A stretch of 64,000 bases of DNA from Nitrosopumilus sp. GTDB lineage: Archaea; Thermoproteota; Nitrososphaeria; Nitrososphaerales; Nitrosopumilaceae. Location: NCBI GenBank assembly GCA_965214775.1, contig OZ243974.1, forward strand, positions 1,472,001 to 1,536,000, read 5' to 3'. Made by a program: the position numbers and the translations under genes. This document shows positions 39,980 through 51,329 of the stretch, piece after piece; position 1 is the stretch's first letter, and every line of letters starts with the position of its first letter. The notes under the pieces were generated by a model that did no database searches, was not told the origin of the DNA, and saw only the letters and a list, made by a program, of their open reading frames with translations.

Positions 39980-41800
39980 ATGTCCCGTAGTGAGTTTGAA
40001 ACTGCCTGCACTTGTGGCAAGATGGATCTACTGGAAAACAAATTTGGACAATTCCTGCAGAAACAAAAACTTTGTAAATGCCGCTACATAGCACAAAGTA
40101 TGAGATATGATCAACCCGGCCTGAAGATGATAGAAAACATGTCCACCATAAAATCATACATGAAAGGGATCCAGTACTATCATGCTGGACGCGTAAACCA
40201 TCTGTCAATCAGCGATGACGTTGTGACAGCAAAGGTGACTGGCACGCGTAAATACTCCGTATCCATAGTAAGAAACTATGAAAATGTCATTCTGAGCTGT
40301 ACGTGCCCATATGATCGTGATGGATGTTGCAAGCACATAGTGGCGGTATTGTTCAGCGTCTATTATCGCACAGGAAATGTTGACATAATAAATAACGCAA
40401 CTCTTGACTACGGACTAAGACAGAGAGGAAAAGGGGGATATGGTGGTGGTGGCAGGAGTATGCAAGACTATAACTCGCCGCATACGACTTTTGACGAGTC
40501 CCCCATGGGTGGCCCCCTGCGGAATTTAGGCATAAACAGGAGTGCGATAACTCACAAGGGATTGGGCGTCAAAAAGGCCGACAAAACAGCCAATGATAAG
40601 ATACCGCCCTCACGCAAGTGCAGGCAGCGTATGGCATATCTGTACAAGAAAGCAAAAGGCAAAAACGGCCACATCTCAAACAAGAACAAGGTCACGTTTT
40701 ACTCAATCGAGGATATGGCAATGAAATACAATGATTATGGCCATCCCGAAAAAGCAATAGAGGTGTACAAGCACATGTGCGAGTATATCTCAGAGAATAT
40801 CGCCATAGTGGACAATATGAAACACTACTATACTGAGCATGTCCGGCGTTCCCTTTTAGATGCCGTTACGATCATACACAGGACTAGGCTCGATCACGCC
40901 AAAAAGCGGGATCACATTAGGTATTTCTTTGAGAGGTACATGCAAGAGCATGTCGGCCATTTTGCATTGATTTATTTTGGTGCGCTCTTGGACATACTAG
41001 ACGGCATAGAGGACGTTCAGTACTGCAAATCGCTTTTCGAATCGCAGATTCTTGACAACAAGCCAGTCGTTGCACCGGACTGCCTGCAGCGGACCCAGAA
41101 CGAGATCCTGGAGGCGACCTTTTCGATACTGGAGAAGATGGAGGACAATAATGACGACATGATGGACTTTCTCTTGACCTATCACGAGCAAAGCGAGAGC
41201 TTGTGCATAAAGTACATTTGGAATCTTGTGGAAAGCGACGTAGATGAAGCACTGCGGATTACCAGAAAGGCGTCCAAGATGTTTAAAAATCCCGAATACT
41301 TTGCGCGGATACAGAGCTTCATAATGGAGCAAAACGGAGATCCAAAACAGGTTGACATTTTGTGTGAGATATTCATTGCGACATCCAACTGGACCTACTA
41401 TGAAAAGATAAAAGACATCTCAGATGACTGGGATGCACAGCTGGAGACGATGCTTGAACACATCAAGAAGAATGGAAATATTCATACCTACATAGACGTG
41501 CTGTTGTATGAAAAAAGAACCGACGATGCCCTCATGGCGGTGCTTGAAAGCTCCAGATTGGATCTGCTTGATGCATACAGCGGGGATCTTGCCAGCATAC
41601 ATCCGGACAAGTATTACGACAAATATGCAGAACAGCTTCCCGTACTGCTCGAGTCGGCTATGACCATGCGCGATTACGAGAACATAAAAAGACACATCGA
41701 TATTATGAGGAGCATACCGAATCACGTCACAAAGAGCAGGGATCTGATCTCGGATCTGAAGACAAGGTACCCACAGTTTGCAGAGCAAATGGAGTCATGA
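39980..41800 (+). CDS. SWIM zinc-finger protein with helical C-terminus (start uncertain)
   Basis: AKVTGTRKYSV...CTCPY....CKHIVAVL. Confidence 0.88.
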   Translation: MSRSEFETACTCGKMDLLENKFGQFLQKQKLCKCRYIAQSMRYDQPGLKMIENMSTIKSYMKGIQYYHAGRVNHLSISDDVVTAKVTGTRKYSVSIVRNYENVILSCTCPYDRDGCCKHIVAVLFSVYYRTGNVDIINNATLDYGLRQRGKGGYGGGGRSMQDYNSPHTTFDESPMGGPLRNLGINRSAITHKGLGVKKADKTANDKIPPSRKCRQRMAYLYKKAKGKNGHISNKNKVTFYSIEDMAMKYNDYGHPEKAIEVYKHMCEYISENIAIVDNMKHYYTEHVRRSLLDAVTIIHRTRLDHAKKRDHIRYFFERYMQEHVGHFALIYFGALLDILDGIEDVQYCKSLFESQILDNKPVVAPDCLQRTQNEILEATFSILEKMEDNNDDMMDFLLTYHEQSESLCIKYIWNLVESDVDEALRITRKASKMFKNPEYFARIQSFIMEQNGDPKQVDILCEIFIATSNWTYYEKIKDISDDWDAQLETMLEHIKKNGNIHTYIDVLLYEKRTDDALMAVLESSRLDLLDAYSGDLASIHPDKYYDKYAEQLPVLLESAMTMRDYENIKRHIDIMRSIPNHVTKSRDLISDLKTRYPQFAEQMES

Positions 41801-41844
41801 CTGGCGTCGTGTTGCTGGTATTGGATTAGACTCGTGTGTTGTTG

Positions 41845-42150
41845 AGAGATGATCCGAAATTACAAACCGAGAACCCGTCTGCTGCTGATCTTCATCATGT
41901 TGCAGAAGCGATTCTGACCGGCGCCCTTTCATGTTGACTATAGCAACGAGCAGAAATAATTGAGGTTTTTTACGTGTAGTTGTGACCTATTTTGACTCAA
42001 AGACTTCTGCCCGTTGCTATAACCCGCCCTCTCTATGCTGTCTGTTGACAAGGTCATATGCTTTTTGAGTGGGTTCTGGTACCTGTCGCCCATGATTCTG
42101 TATGTCTTGAATAACATCCCGGGCCCTAGAAGTTCAGGCATGTGTTTTGC
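41845..42150. mobile_element. Remnant of H-type IS5 3' end with nested family C MITE (41939-42021)
   Basis: KTYRIMGDRYQNPLKK matches the C-terminus of the 62381-63391 transposase. Confidence 0.8.
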
Positions 42151-42253
42151 TATAATGAATGCCGATCAAAATGGAATCTACAGCTAAAATCATCAGAAGC
42201 GGCTTTCAGACACGAGCCGTTGAATTTTATTATCTAGGCCCTTTGGCATCAAC

Positions 42254-42914
42254 GATGGTCACACTGGACAAAAACAGGACTGTTCTGCTGTTGCTGTTAT
42301 TGGCACTTCCTTTGATCATTATATCGCTTGTCTTTGTCCAGACCAACTCCACGGAGACCGAACCAGACAGGGTGCAAGAGGACATACCTGATGCCGTAAG
42401 AAACGGACTTGCCTATAGCCTGTATCAGCTTTATCTGGAGTATGAAGAAACTGGTATGATTGGGAGCAGGCATGTCTCAGAAAAAAGCATTCATGGCGAA
42501 AGATTGCATGTTTTAGTTGAGTTTGAATCTGACGATTGTACAATACCAAAGGAATTAGGCGTGGTGGCAAAATCGTGTTATCTGTCTTATGGGGGCTACG
42601 AGACGGTGATTTTAGTTTCACCTTCTGACTTGGTCAGGCTGGCAGAACTCGACAACGTAGACAGCGTTTTAGAAATAGCTGAACCAGGCCCAGATTCAGT
42701 AATGCAGCAGCAACTAGAACCTCCACAGGAGGAAATAAAACAGGATCACCCAGTAGTTACAGCACAGCAGCAAACTCTACCAATGCCACAAGATGACACA
42801 AACATGGATGCCGTCTTCAACACAACGATAACTGTAACTATCGCTGTAGCAGTTCTGACTGCCACAATTGTACTCTACAGAAGAAAACGGACCCGAAAAA
42901 AAATTAAAGTCTAG
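42254..42914 (+). CDS. Membrane-anchored hypothetical protein (N- and C-terminal TM)
   Basis: Leu-rich N helix; C-terminal TM with basic tail. Confidence 0.7.
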
Positions 42915-42991
42915 CGTTACTGCTTTGCTGTAGGTGCTGATTGCAACGTCTCTGTCTGCAACAACTGCGCACGCAAATCATGGCCTCTCAG

Positions 42992-43418
42992 AGAGTTGAT
43001 TCGAAATTAGCAAACTCTGATTATTTGTGAACGAATTTGCATAGAACGGCTCAAAACACCAACAAAATACAAACTATCGTAACAGGTCGGGCTCTGGAAG
43101 TTCAGGCGCGAGTTTTGCCATCTCGGGGAGGCCTCCCATGTAGATCCGTGCCTAAAATCAGGAGCAGCTTCCAGAGCCCGACCTGTTACAAACTATCTGT
43201 AAAATTACATGAAAAATTCGCACGGTTTCTAATTTCGGATCATCTCTCAGGGGGCTGATTCAAGATTGGCAGATCCAGATCATGCATAAACGAATTCACA
43301 CTATCAAATCGATTAAAACATCTGCAAATGACGGTTATCTGATGCAAACATGCAGGTTGCTTGGCAGGTGTGCAGAAAAATCCGGGCATTGATTCAGTTT
43401 CCAGTTTCGGATCATCTC
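42992..43418. mobile_element. Family H MITE (42992-43247) with nested family A (43079-43189), followed by a degenerate H
   Basis: TSD CAG for H; 8-bp TSD AAACTATC for A. Confidence 0.9.
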
Positions 43419-43513
43419 TCAGGGCAGGACTGGTGCACAAGATCAATGTTTGCAGAATCAGGCATGGTTGACACTAAGAGACGGATAATAAAATAAGAGA
43501 AAAATAGGCTTGT

Positions 43514-43846
43514 TTATCCTCTTCCCATTGCTGCGTATTTGCCAGATCTTCCTCTAATGAAGAAAGCTCCTGCAATGCCACCAAAGACTGCACCAGAAAT
43601 AACTGAAGCGCCTACGACACCACTTGCATCAAGATATGGTGTTCCTGAACCAGATGATGGATTTGCCTCAACAGCTTCGATTCTTCTACGCTGAATTTCT
43701 AGAATTTCTTCTAGGGTCTTAGATCCGGTTTCTCCGGACTCGCCAACGTTGCCCAGGTATTGGGCAAATGCAACTGAAGCTGCACCGACGGCGCCAAAGA
43801 AAAATACAGACAGCATGGTTACTGTTAGTAGTACTTTTGTATTCAT
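43514..43846 (-). CDS. Small secreted/membrane protein
   Basis: Signal peptide (AFA), C-terminal TM helix. Confidence 0.8.
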   Translation of the reverse strand: MNTKVLLTVTMLSVFFFGAVGAASVAFAQYLGNVGESGETGSKTLEEILEIQRRRIEAVEANPSSGSGTPYLDASGVVGASVISGAVFGGIAGAFFIRGRSGKYAAMGRG

Positions 43847-43902
43847 ACCGTTTACCTGTTCTTTTTAAGGCCAGAATGCCTATTAAAACTTTAGTCTGTG
43901 CC

Positions 43903-44023
43903 CAGTCTTCCCAGAAGTAACCCGGAAAACGGCTCTGGATTTGAAGCAAACCAAGTTATGACGCCTGCAAATTCACTTGCCGGCATCTGGACAGTCACGA
44001 ATCGCGTACCTCTGGGAAGACTG
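43903..44023. mobile_element. Family I MITE
   Basis: TIRs plus 5-bp TSD GTGCC. Confidence 0.9.
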
Positions 44024-44104
44024 GTGCCTGTACCTCAAATTTTTGAAAAATGTGCGAGATCGGACACAAGTAACGTTTAATTCCGCTCGGAATTGAGCCA
44101 AAAT

Positions 44105-44554
44105 ATGGGACGAATGCACACTCACAGACATGGAAAATCCCATTCTATTAGACCGGCAACGCCAAGGGCACCCTCATGGATTACACAAAGTCCCGCCGAA
44201 GTCGAAGAATTAGTTGTAAAATACTCCAAGGATGGCTTGACACCTAGTCAAATTGGAATCAAGCTAAGAGACCAGCACTCAATCCCGTTAATCAAACCAA
44301 TTACGAAAAAAACTGTTGGAGAGATTTTAGAAGAACGCGATCTCAAAGCAGAGATGCCCGAAGACCTGGAAAACATTGTAAAGAAGGCAGTGGGTCTTCA
44401 AAAACACCTCAAGGCAAACAAAGGAGACAGAAGAAATGTCAGATCTCTGGAATTAATTGAGGCCAAAGTCCACAGATTGTCTGTTTATTACAAAAAAATT
44501 AAAAGAATTCCTAAAAACTGGAAATATAAATCCGTGGTTGCCCAACTAGAGTAA
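44105..44554 (+). CDS. rps15: 30S ribosomal protein S15 (uS15)
   Basis: MGRMH..GKSHS, PSQIGIKLRD, PEDL. Confidence 0.97.
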   Translation: MGRMHTHRHGKSHSIRPATPRAPSWITQSPAEVEELVVKYSKDGLTPSQIGIKLRDQHSIPLIKPITKKTVGEILEERDLKAEMPEDLENIVKKAVGLQKHLKANKGDRRNVRSLELIEAKVHRLSVYYKKIKRIPKNWKYKSVVAQLE

Positions 44555-45972
44555 TGGCAAAGTCACTTGATGAGTCACTATCGTTTTTCAAAGACAAGGT
44601 TTCAGACTGCATCAAATCGCAGAAATCGATCTCCGTAACCACCCATATTGACTGTGATGGACTGGCATCTGGAAGCATCATTGCCAAGGCCCTGATCAGA
44701 GCTGGGGCAAGATGTACCCTGAGAACGTCCAAAGAATTCGGCAAAAATGTCGCCGAGTCTTTCAAGACGGACTCTAGAGACTTTCACATAGTAACTGATC
44801 TTGGCGGGGGTTTTGGAGAAGAGATGAATCAAAATCTGGGGGATAACTGGATAATCCTTGATCACCACCAGATTCCGGAAACCGAGATTGACAATCCGAA
44901 TGTAATCAATGCCTGGAAGTATGGAATTGATGGGGGAGCAGAGATTTGTGCAGGAGGCATGGCATACCTTGCATCAATGGCATTAGACGGAAAAAATTCA
45001 GATCTCTCGTCAATTGCCGTAGTGTCTGCATTGGGAGACAGGCAGGACCGGGGGGAACGAAAGTCATTTACAGGAAAAAATTTTGAGATTGCTGGGACTG
45101 CCAAAGACTTGGGATTGCTTGAGATTGATTTAGACTTGCTTTTGGTTGGAAGAGAGACCAGGCCGCTTGCAGATGCCTTGGCATTTACCTCCCAGCCATT
45201 TATTGAGGGACTGACTTGGAATCGCGATGCCTGTCTTTCTGCATTAGACTCATCGGGGATCCAACTCAAGGAAGGTGGAAGATGGAGGGTTCCTGCAGAA
45301 TTAAACGAAGATGAGAAAAGAGCGGTTATTGAATCAATTACAAAATTTGCCTCTGGAAAAAATACAACTGAGATAATGTCCCAACTAATTGGATACACCT
45401 ACACATTCCCAAGAGAAGACAAGCGGAGCTTCCTAAGAGACGGGAGGGAGTTCTCTACGATGCTGAATTCTTGCGGAAGGATAAGCAGATCAGGGGTTGG
45501 CATGGCAGTCTGCATGGGCGATAGAAACAAGATTCTAAGGGAGGGGGAGACGATATTAACAGACTATAGGAAGATGATCAGGGAGTACATGAATATCTTA
45601 TCAAGTGAAAGATGGAGAATCTCTGAAAGCAAGACATGTGTTATGGTAAACGGGGAAGACATTGTCCCTGAAACAATGACTGGAACAATATCGTCATTAA
45701 TTGCAGGCTCCCCTAAAAATTCGGGAAAAATTGTGATTTTGAGAGCCAAGGGGGAGAGGAACACAATCAAATTCTCATCAAGAAAGTCGTTTGGATGCAA
45801 ATCTGAGATTAATCTGAGTGATCTGATGAGGGCAGGCGCAGAAAAATTTGACGGCGTTGGCGGAGGTCACGATGCTGCAGCCGGAGCAAAAATAACTAAA
45901 GACAAATTAGACGACTTTCTTGACTATTTGGAAGCAAATGTCGTTAACGTGCCAAGTACGGGTAGTACTTGA
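44554..45972 (+). CDS. DHH/RecJ-like phosphoesterase
   Basis: HIDCDG, LDHH, GGGHDAAAG; conserved position after rps15. Confidence 0.92.
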   Translation: MAKSLDESLSFFKDKVSDCIKSQKSISVTTHIDCDGLASGSIIAKALIRAGARCTLRTSKEFGKNVAESFKTDSRDFHIVTDLGGGFGEEMNQNLGDNWIILDHHQIPETEIDNPNVINAWKYGIDGGAEICAGGMAYLASMALDGKNSDLSSIAVVSALGDRQDRGERKSFTGKNFEIAGTAKDLGLLEIDLDLLLVGRETRPLADALAFTSQPFIEGLTWNRDACLSALDSSGIQLKEGGRWRVPAELNEDEKRAVIESITKFASGKNTTEIMSQLIGYTYTFPREDKRSFLRDGREFSTMLNSCGRISRSGVGMAVCMGDRNKILREGETILTDYRKMIREYMNILSSERWRISESKTCVMVNGEDIVPETMTGTISSLIAGSPKNSGKIVILRAKGERNTIKFSSRKSFGCKSEINLSDLMRAGAEKFDGVGGGHDAAAGAKITKDKLDDFLDYLEANVVNVPSTGST

Positions 45973-46180
45973 TGATATACCAAAGGAAAAGGCCATAACC
46001 GTTCAGAAAGCATTGGAGCCGGACAACGTGGATTTTCCGGAGGGTCTGAGCCTTTGTGTCGAGAATGTTGATAACAAACTAATCTTTAATTTTGAAAGTA
46101 GGAAGAACATGAAGCAGCTTGTCGGAACAGTTGATGAGGTTTTGGAACACATCCAGGTTGCACTAAAGGTGATTGAATAA
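45938..46180 (+). CDS. pcc1: KEOPS complex subunit Pcc1
   Basis: ALEPDN motif; size and operon position. Confidence 0.75.
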   Translation: MSLTCQVRVVLDDIPKEKAITVQKALEPDNVDFPEGLSLCVENVDNKLIFNFESRKNMKQLVGTVDEVLEHIQVALKVIE

Positions 46181-47445
46181 TGCTTGATCCAAAAATCATC
46201 AAAGAAAAACCCGAGACAATCAAAAACATGCTAAAATCCCGGGCCGTGGATTTTGATCTGGACGGCCTAGTCGAATCCGATAAAAAAAGACGCGAATATA
46301 TCATCAAAACCGATGAGCTGAGAAAAAAGAGGAATCAGATTGGACAAGAGATTGCGCAAAAAAGAAAGGCGGGAAAAGACGCAGCCTTGATTCTCGCAGA
46401 GATGAAAAACGTTTCAACAGAATTGGCAAAATTAGAAGATGAACAAGAACAGATTGAAAGAAGACATGCTGGCCTGGCATTTACAATTCCCAACCTGATT
46501 CATGAATCTGTTCCAATAGGGCCTGATGAAAGTACAAACAAAGAGATTAAAAAATGGGGAAACCTGCCAAGTTTTGACTTTAAGATAGATGACCACATTG
46601 CCATCTCTGAAAACTTGAATCTTGTTGATTTGAAACGGGCCGCAAAGGTTGCCGGTGCAAGGTTCTACTATCTCAAAAATGATCTGGTCAGGCTGAACCA
46701 GTCGCTGATTCATTATGCCTTGGACTTTTTGACCAAGAAGGAATACCTGCTTGTCCAGCCGCCATACATGATAAACCGTGAGGCAATGCAGGGATCTGTC
46801 ATTGCAGATGATTTTGAAGAGGTAATATACAAAATTCACGAAGAGGATCTCTACATGATTGGAACTTCAGAGCACGCAATGGCTGCCATGCATTCGGGGG
46901 AGATTATCGAGGGAAGGGATCTTCCATTGAGATATGCGGGAGTCAGTCCGTGTTTTAGAAAGGAGGCCGGCGCACATGGCAGAGACCAGAAAGGGATTTT
47001 CAGGGTGCACCAGTTTGACAAAATTGAGCAGTTTGTATTTGCAAGACCGGAGGATTCGTGGAAGGAGCACGAAAGAATGCTGTCAATTGCCGAAGAATTC
47101 TACCGGCAGCTGGAGATTCCTCACAGGGTAATGCTGCTGTCAACAGGGGACATGGGAAAGGTTTCTGCTAAAACCTATGATATTGAGGCATGGATGGCAG
47201 GACAAAATGCATACCGGGAAGTTGTTTCATGTTCAAACTGCTTGGACTATCAGTCAAGAAGGCTTAAGATCAGATTCCGAGACAAGACTAACGAGGATAC
47301 GCAATATCTCCATACGCTCAACAGCACACTGGTTGCCACAAGCAGAGTTCTGGTCTCCATCATGGAGAATTTCCAAACCAAGGATGGCCACATACGAGTT
47401 CCGCGGGTTTTACAGGACTATATGGGGGATCAGAAAGAGATCTAG
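46180..47445 (+). CDS. serS: Serine--tRNA ligase
   Basis: GTSE, CFRKEAG, RVHQFDKIE, SCSNC, HTLN. Confidence 0.97.
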   Translation: MLDPKIIKEKPETIKNMLKSRAVDFDLDGLVESDKKRREYIIKTDELRKKRNQIGQEIAQKRKAGKDAALILAEMKNVSTELAKLEDEQEQIERRHAGLAFTIPNLIHESVPIGPDESTNKEIKKWGNLPSFDFKIDDHIAISENLNLVDLKRAAKVAGARFYYLKNDLVRLNQSLIHYALDFLTKKEYLLVQPPYMINREAMQGSVIADDFEEVIYKIHEEDLYMIGTSEHAMAAMHSGEIIEGRDLPLRYAGVSPCFRKEAGAHGRDQKGIFRVHQFDKIEQFVFARPEDSWKEHERMLSIAEEFYRQLEIPHRVMLLSTGDMGKVSAKTYDIEAWMAGQNAYREVVSCSNCLDYQSRRLKIRFRDKTNEDTQYLHTLNSTLVATSRVLVSIMENFQTKDGHIRVPRVLQDYMGDQKEI

Positions 47446-47601
47446 TGGCAACACGCCCACCACCTCCTCCTCCTTACACGCGGTATTGCAGGGTACCATA
47501 ACCATATTTGATCTTTTTTGCGTTCCAATAATCGATCTGTCACGCTTGATTTAGGTATTGCGCGACAATACGCGACAAGAGTCTACCACCTACGGAAGAT
47601 A

Positions 47602-47684
47602 TATAGCAACGAGCAGAAATAATTGAGGTTTTTTACGTATAGTTATGACCTGCTTTGACTCAAAGACTTCTGCCCGTTGCTATA
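47602..47684. mobile_element. Family C MITE (IS630-like TA flanks)
   Basis: Near-identical to 3168-3250 and 41939-42021. Confidence 0.9.
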
Positions 47685-47700
47685 CAAAATCTTTTGATAT

Positions 47701-48639
47701 TTAAAAAAGTCTTCTCTGTGATGTGATCTGAGTTTTAAATTCGCGTTTTATGGCCTCGGTTGTGGCATTTCTCATTACTTCTTTTGCGTCTGTTACTACT
47801 TTTGCACCTGCCTTGCTGCGCGTAACGACAATCAAGTCATATAGTTTGCTAGCACCTTCCTTGTACACTCCAATATCAATTACGTTTTTCTTAGATGTTG
47901 TACGAAGTTTTTCCAAGTAACGATCTAGCAATTTTTCTCCTAAAGACGATACTCTGGGACCATCTCTGATTTTCTTCCAAGAGTCATCACCAAAAAATTC
48001 ATTGAGATTCTTTTCACCCTTTTTGTTTTTCCTTGTAGCAGAAACATTTTGTGCTATTCTGTGGGTGTAAAAATTAAGGATTATATCTATGCCAACCTCT
48101 CTGGCTAGCTTTTCCATAAATTGCCATTTGATCGGGACATATGCAGCAGGATCTATCAGAACAAGAATTGCAACTTGATATTTTCTTAGTGCTAGAATTT
48201 TCTTTACAGCATTTTCAAAATCGATAGTGCTTGCCTTATAGGAGACTCCATTCAGAATAGACTTGCTGCTCTCCAAGCGAGCATTAAGCGAATTAACATA
48301 ATCTGAATTAATATCTGAAAAAACACAGTCTGTATAACCCAGTGATGATGCATTTAGCGCTCCAATTAATGCCGATCCTGGAAAAGATTCCTTTTTCAAA
48401 CTAAGATCCTTAAAATTTGCAAACTTTCCAAAGCCACAAAAAGGATCTGCATAATAAAATTTCTTGAAATTATTTTTACGTACGATACATATGAAAACAG
48501 GCATGTAATAGTCAAGCAAAAGAAATTTCTTAATAGACCAAATATCGCCGATTGATTTTTCTAAACCATCATCATGAATATGTGCAAAACTTGCTCTTGC
48601 CCTCTTGATACTGCCAGTTATAGAAAATTTGTTTGACAA
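47701..48639 (-). CDS. tcmP: Three-Cys-motif partner protein (TcmP family, methyltransferase-like fold)
   Basis: WSIKK..LL.YY, YADPFCGFG, GSAL, LIDP, DIILNF, FFGDDSW; partner DUF5131 gene nearby; visibly AT-rich. Confidence 0.85.
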   Translation of the reverse strand: MSNKFSITGSIKRARASFAHIHDDGLEKSIGDIWSIKKFLLLDYYMPVFICIVRKNNFKKFYYADPFCGFGKFANFKDLSLKKESFPGSALIGALNASSLGYTDCVFSDINSDYVNSLNARLESSKSILNGVSYKASTIDFENAVKKILALRKYQVAILVLIDPAAYVPIKWQFMEKLAREVGIDIILNFYTHRIAQNVSATRKNKKGEKNLNEFFGDDSWKKIRDGPRVSSLGEKLLDRYLEKLRTTSKKNVIDIGVYKEGASKLYDLIVVTRSKAGAKVVTDAKEVMRNATTEAIKREFKTQITSQRRLF

Positions 48640-50141
48640 GCCATACCTCCTGACAACTCAACAATAGACCTTATGCGTAATCGACTGGATCGAAATATTA
48701 CGTTTGCAAGCTGACCATGCATGCAGAACCGGCAGCGTCATACGGCATGTGCAAAGGCGGCAGAGGACACCGCACCGCATGTCATGAGCCCGTCTAGCTG
48801 ACAAAAACTGTAGTATCGTGCGGCATCGTGTGGCGCCGCAATGCGCTCCGCGTCGTAATATCAGAACCCAAGCCTGAGCTTCTTGTCCCGCTTGTCCCAC
48901 AGCGTCCTAAAGTTGGCAAGCCCGGCTGTCACCTGGAACTCCCGGTCAAACTCCTCGGCCGTCCCGTCGTACGGGTCGCGCATCCGCTTGTACTGTTTTA
49001 CCAGCCATATGGCATGCTCGACTGTCACCCTCTCGCTACTTGTCCTCCTGTTCTGTGCGCGCTGTTTCTTTGTAAGCTTGTCCCCCTTTGGTTTCTTGTG
49101 GGGCTGCATGGATATGACCCCTGGGTACATTTTTTTGATTCCAAGGTACCCAAGATCCGATAACAGTTTTACCTTCTCGTCATCGGGATGCTTCCTGTTG
49201 CTGCGCATCCTGGCAGTCAGGATTCCCAGCTCCGGGGGGTTGTCCCTTATCATGGTGAGGTCGTGCGCGCTTCCCGGAGCCGACTTGCTTGCGTATATTA
49301 TCAGCCTGTCCTTGTTGGTCATTACCTGGACGTTGCGCGTAAAGCTCTTCTTCTTGCCAGAGTACGCCTCCTTTCTTGGCTCCCTGTCTGTGGGGCGCTG
49401 TATGTCTATGTGCGTGCCGTCGACGGCTACGGTCAGGTCGGGGACGATCTTCATCAGATCCTCTATGGTGCATGTGTTTCGTATCTTCTGTGATATTTTA
49501 TACGGCGTGGGCAGTATCTCAAGGAATATGATGTCAGAAAACTTGATGTACCTGCATACGGTGCTCTGGTCTATGCCAAAGAATGCCGCCAGCTGCTCCT
49601 GGATGAGGTTTCCGCGCTTGCGCATCAGGGCCAGCAGGAAGGCGTGTCTGTAGGACAGCTTGCACCGGTTTCCGGGCCCGTCGTCCTCGTCCTCAGAAAA
49701 CAGGGGGCATTCTGTATGCTTTTTGGCCTTCTCCATATACAGGTTTAATATATATTCAAACTGACGCAGGTTCAGGGACGTGGTGGCCTGCAGGGATCGG
49801 CCGCCGATTATGTCCTCGAGCACCTCGAGCCTGTGCATGAACGCGACGTTCTCTGCGGTACGCCTTTTGTCATTCCATGTTACAGGCCAGAACCCGCGCT
49901 CAAAGTCCAGCCTCTGGTTTAACTGCCCTATCTTGTCCTGGGCCTGCTCGTACATTTGCCTGTACTGTGCATTCTCCCTCCCTTGCTGCCTGGCCTCCCT
50001 CTTGTACTGCATCTTCTCCTGCTCGTACATTTGCCTGTACTGCTCATTCTCTTTGCTCATAGTCAACATATAAAAAAAAGAACAATTTTGACAACTATTT
50101 TTGATCCAAACATTAAGATCAGGCAAGGAATACGCATATGC

Positions 50142-51197
50142 ATGGACAGACAGAGAAAGGAATTCGTAGCATCAGGAAGCAAATTCCTGCCAAATACGTC
50201 ACGCTCCTACCTGCACAAGGCATACAAAAAGGAGACAGACAAGAGAAAGCGCGACAGGCTGCTTGCATACATGCAGCGCAAGGACGACCTCGGTGTGGAA
50301 CAGATAGCAAAGAACCTCGACCGGGCACATTCCACCATATCCAAGTGGCTCATCCGCGCACAGGACGAGGGAATACGTGCAAGGCACGAGCGGCCAGGCA
50401 GGGGACGCAAGCACAAGCTGAGTGAGTCGCAGCTGAAACAGCTTGCAGCGGATCTCAAGTCAGGATCCGAGGAGTGCGGTTTTGAGAGCAGCCTGTGGGA
50501 CTCGGGCCTGATGAGACGGCACATCAAAAAGAAGTTCGGCATAGAATACAGCAAGAGCGGCACGCGGCTGCTGGCACGCGAGCTTGGGTTCTCATGGAGG
50601 AAGCCGAGGCCAAAGAACCCAAAGGCCGTCTCAAAACAAAAGCAGAACGAGTTCAAGGAGGCATCCCAAGAGCTGATACGGGAAAAGGAGGCGCAAGGGT
50701 ATACGGTACTGGCAGAAGACGAGTCATCCATACAAAAGACCTCAAACAGCCCCAAACACGGGTGGCTCAGGCGCGGCATGAGCGTCACGGCGCCCTTGAC
50801 GCTGTCACGGCAGCGCCGGTACATGTTCGGCGTGCTGGCAGTTAACATATTCTACTATATGTTCTATGACAAGACCAACACCGACAGCTTTTGCGACTTT
50901 TTGGAAAAGGTGCACGAAAAGTACGGAAAGGTGTTGATATTCCTGGATAATGCGTCATACCACAAGTCTGTCGGCGTAAGGGAGATGCTGGAAAAGTACA
51001 AGGGCGAGATAATACTGAAGTACCTGCCGCCGCACACGCCGGAGCTCAATCCTGTAGAGATACAGTGGAGGGAGATAAAGCGGAGGCTGTCTGCCAAGAT
51101 GTTTGATACGCTTGATGAGATGGAGCAGTCCGTGCGGAAGATGTTTGCCAGTGGAGAGATCCTACCGGTAAAGATGTTCCGATATTTGATGGGCTGA
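50142..51197 (+). CDS. IS630 transposase
   Basis: AEDES, LDNASYH, LPPHTPELNPVE.QW. Confidence 0.95.
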   Translation: MDRQRKEFVASGSKFLPNTSRSYLHKAYKKETDKRKRDRLLAYMQRKDDLGVEQIAKNLDRAHSTISKWLIRAQDEGIRARHERPGRGRKHKLSESQLKQLAADLKSGSEECGFESSLWDSGLMRRHIKKKFGIEYSKSGTRLLARELGFSWRKPRPKNPKAVSKQKQNEFKEASQELIREKEAQGYTVLAEDESSIQKTSNSPKHGWLRRGMSVTAPLTLSRQRRYMFGVLAVNIFYYMFYDKTNTDSFCDFLEKVHEKYGKVLIFLDNASYHKSVGVREMLEKYKGEIILKYLPPHTPELNPVEIQWREIKRRLSAKMFDTLDEMEQSVRKMFASGEILPVKMFRYLMG

Positions 51198-51217
51198 CTA
51201 CTGCAGCAGCAGCAGCA

Positions 51218-51329
51218 ACAACAACTGTCGTGTTCCATACTGTCGGGTCTTGTGTGGCAGTATGTCAAACCCCCCATGCACGAATTAACTACTGCCACAA
51301 CAACTGTCGTGTTCCATACTGTCGGGTCT
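51218..51329. repeat. 33-bp direct repeat x2 in the IS630 3' region
   Basis: ACAACAACTGTCGTGTTCCATACTGTCGGGTCT at 51218 and 51297. Confidence 0.85.

Noticed and set aside
48861-50126. 421-aa ORF as an intact transposase
   Set aside because: Its N-terminus is borrowed from the IS630 TIR; the true start lies beyond 51491. Expression of the chimera cannot be excluded
51218-51329. Two 33-bp repeats as a CRISPR array
   Set aside because: Inside an IS, 46-bp gap, similarity extends into flanks (ACTACTGC); looks like a local duplication
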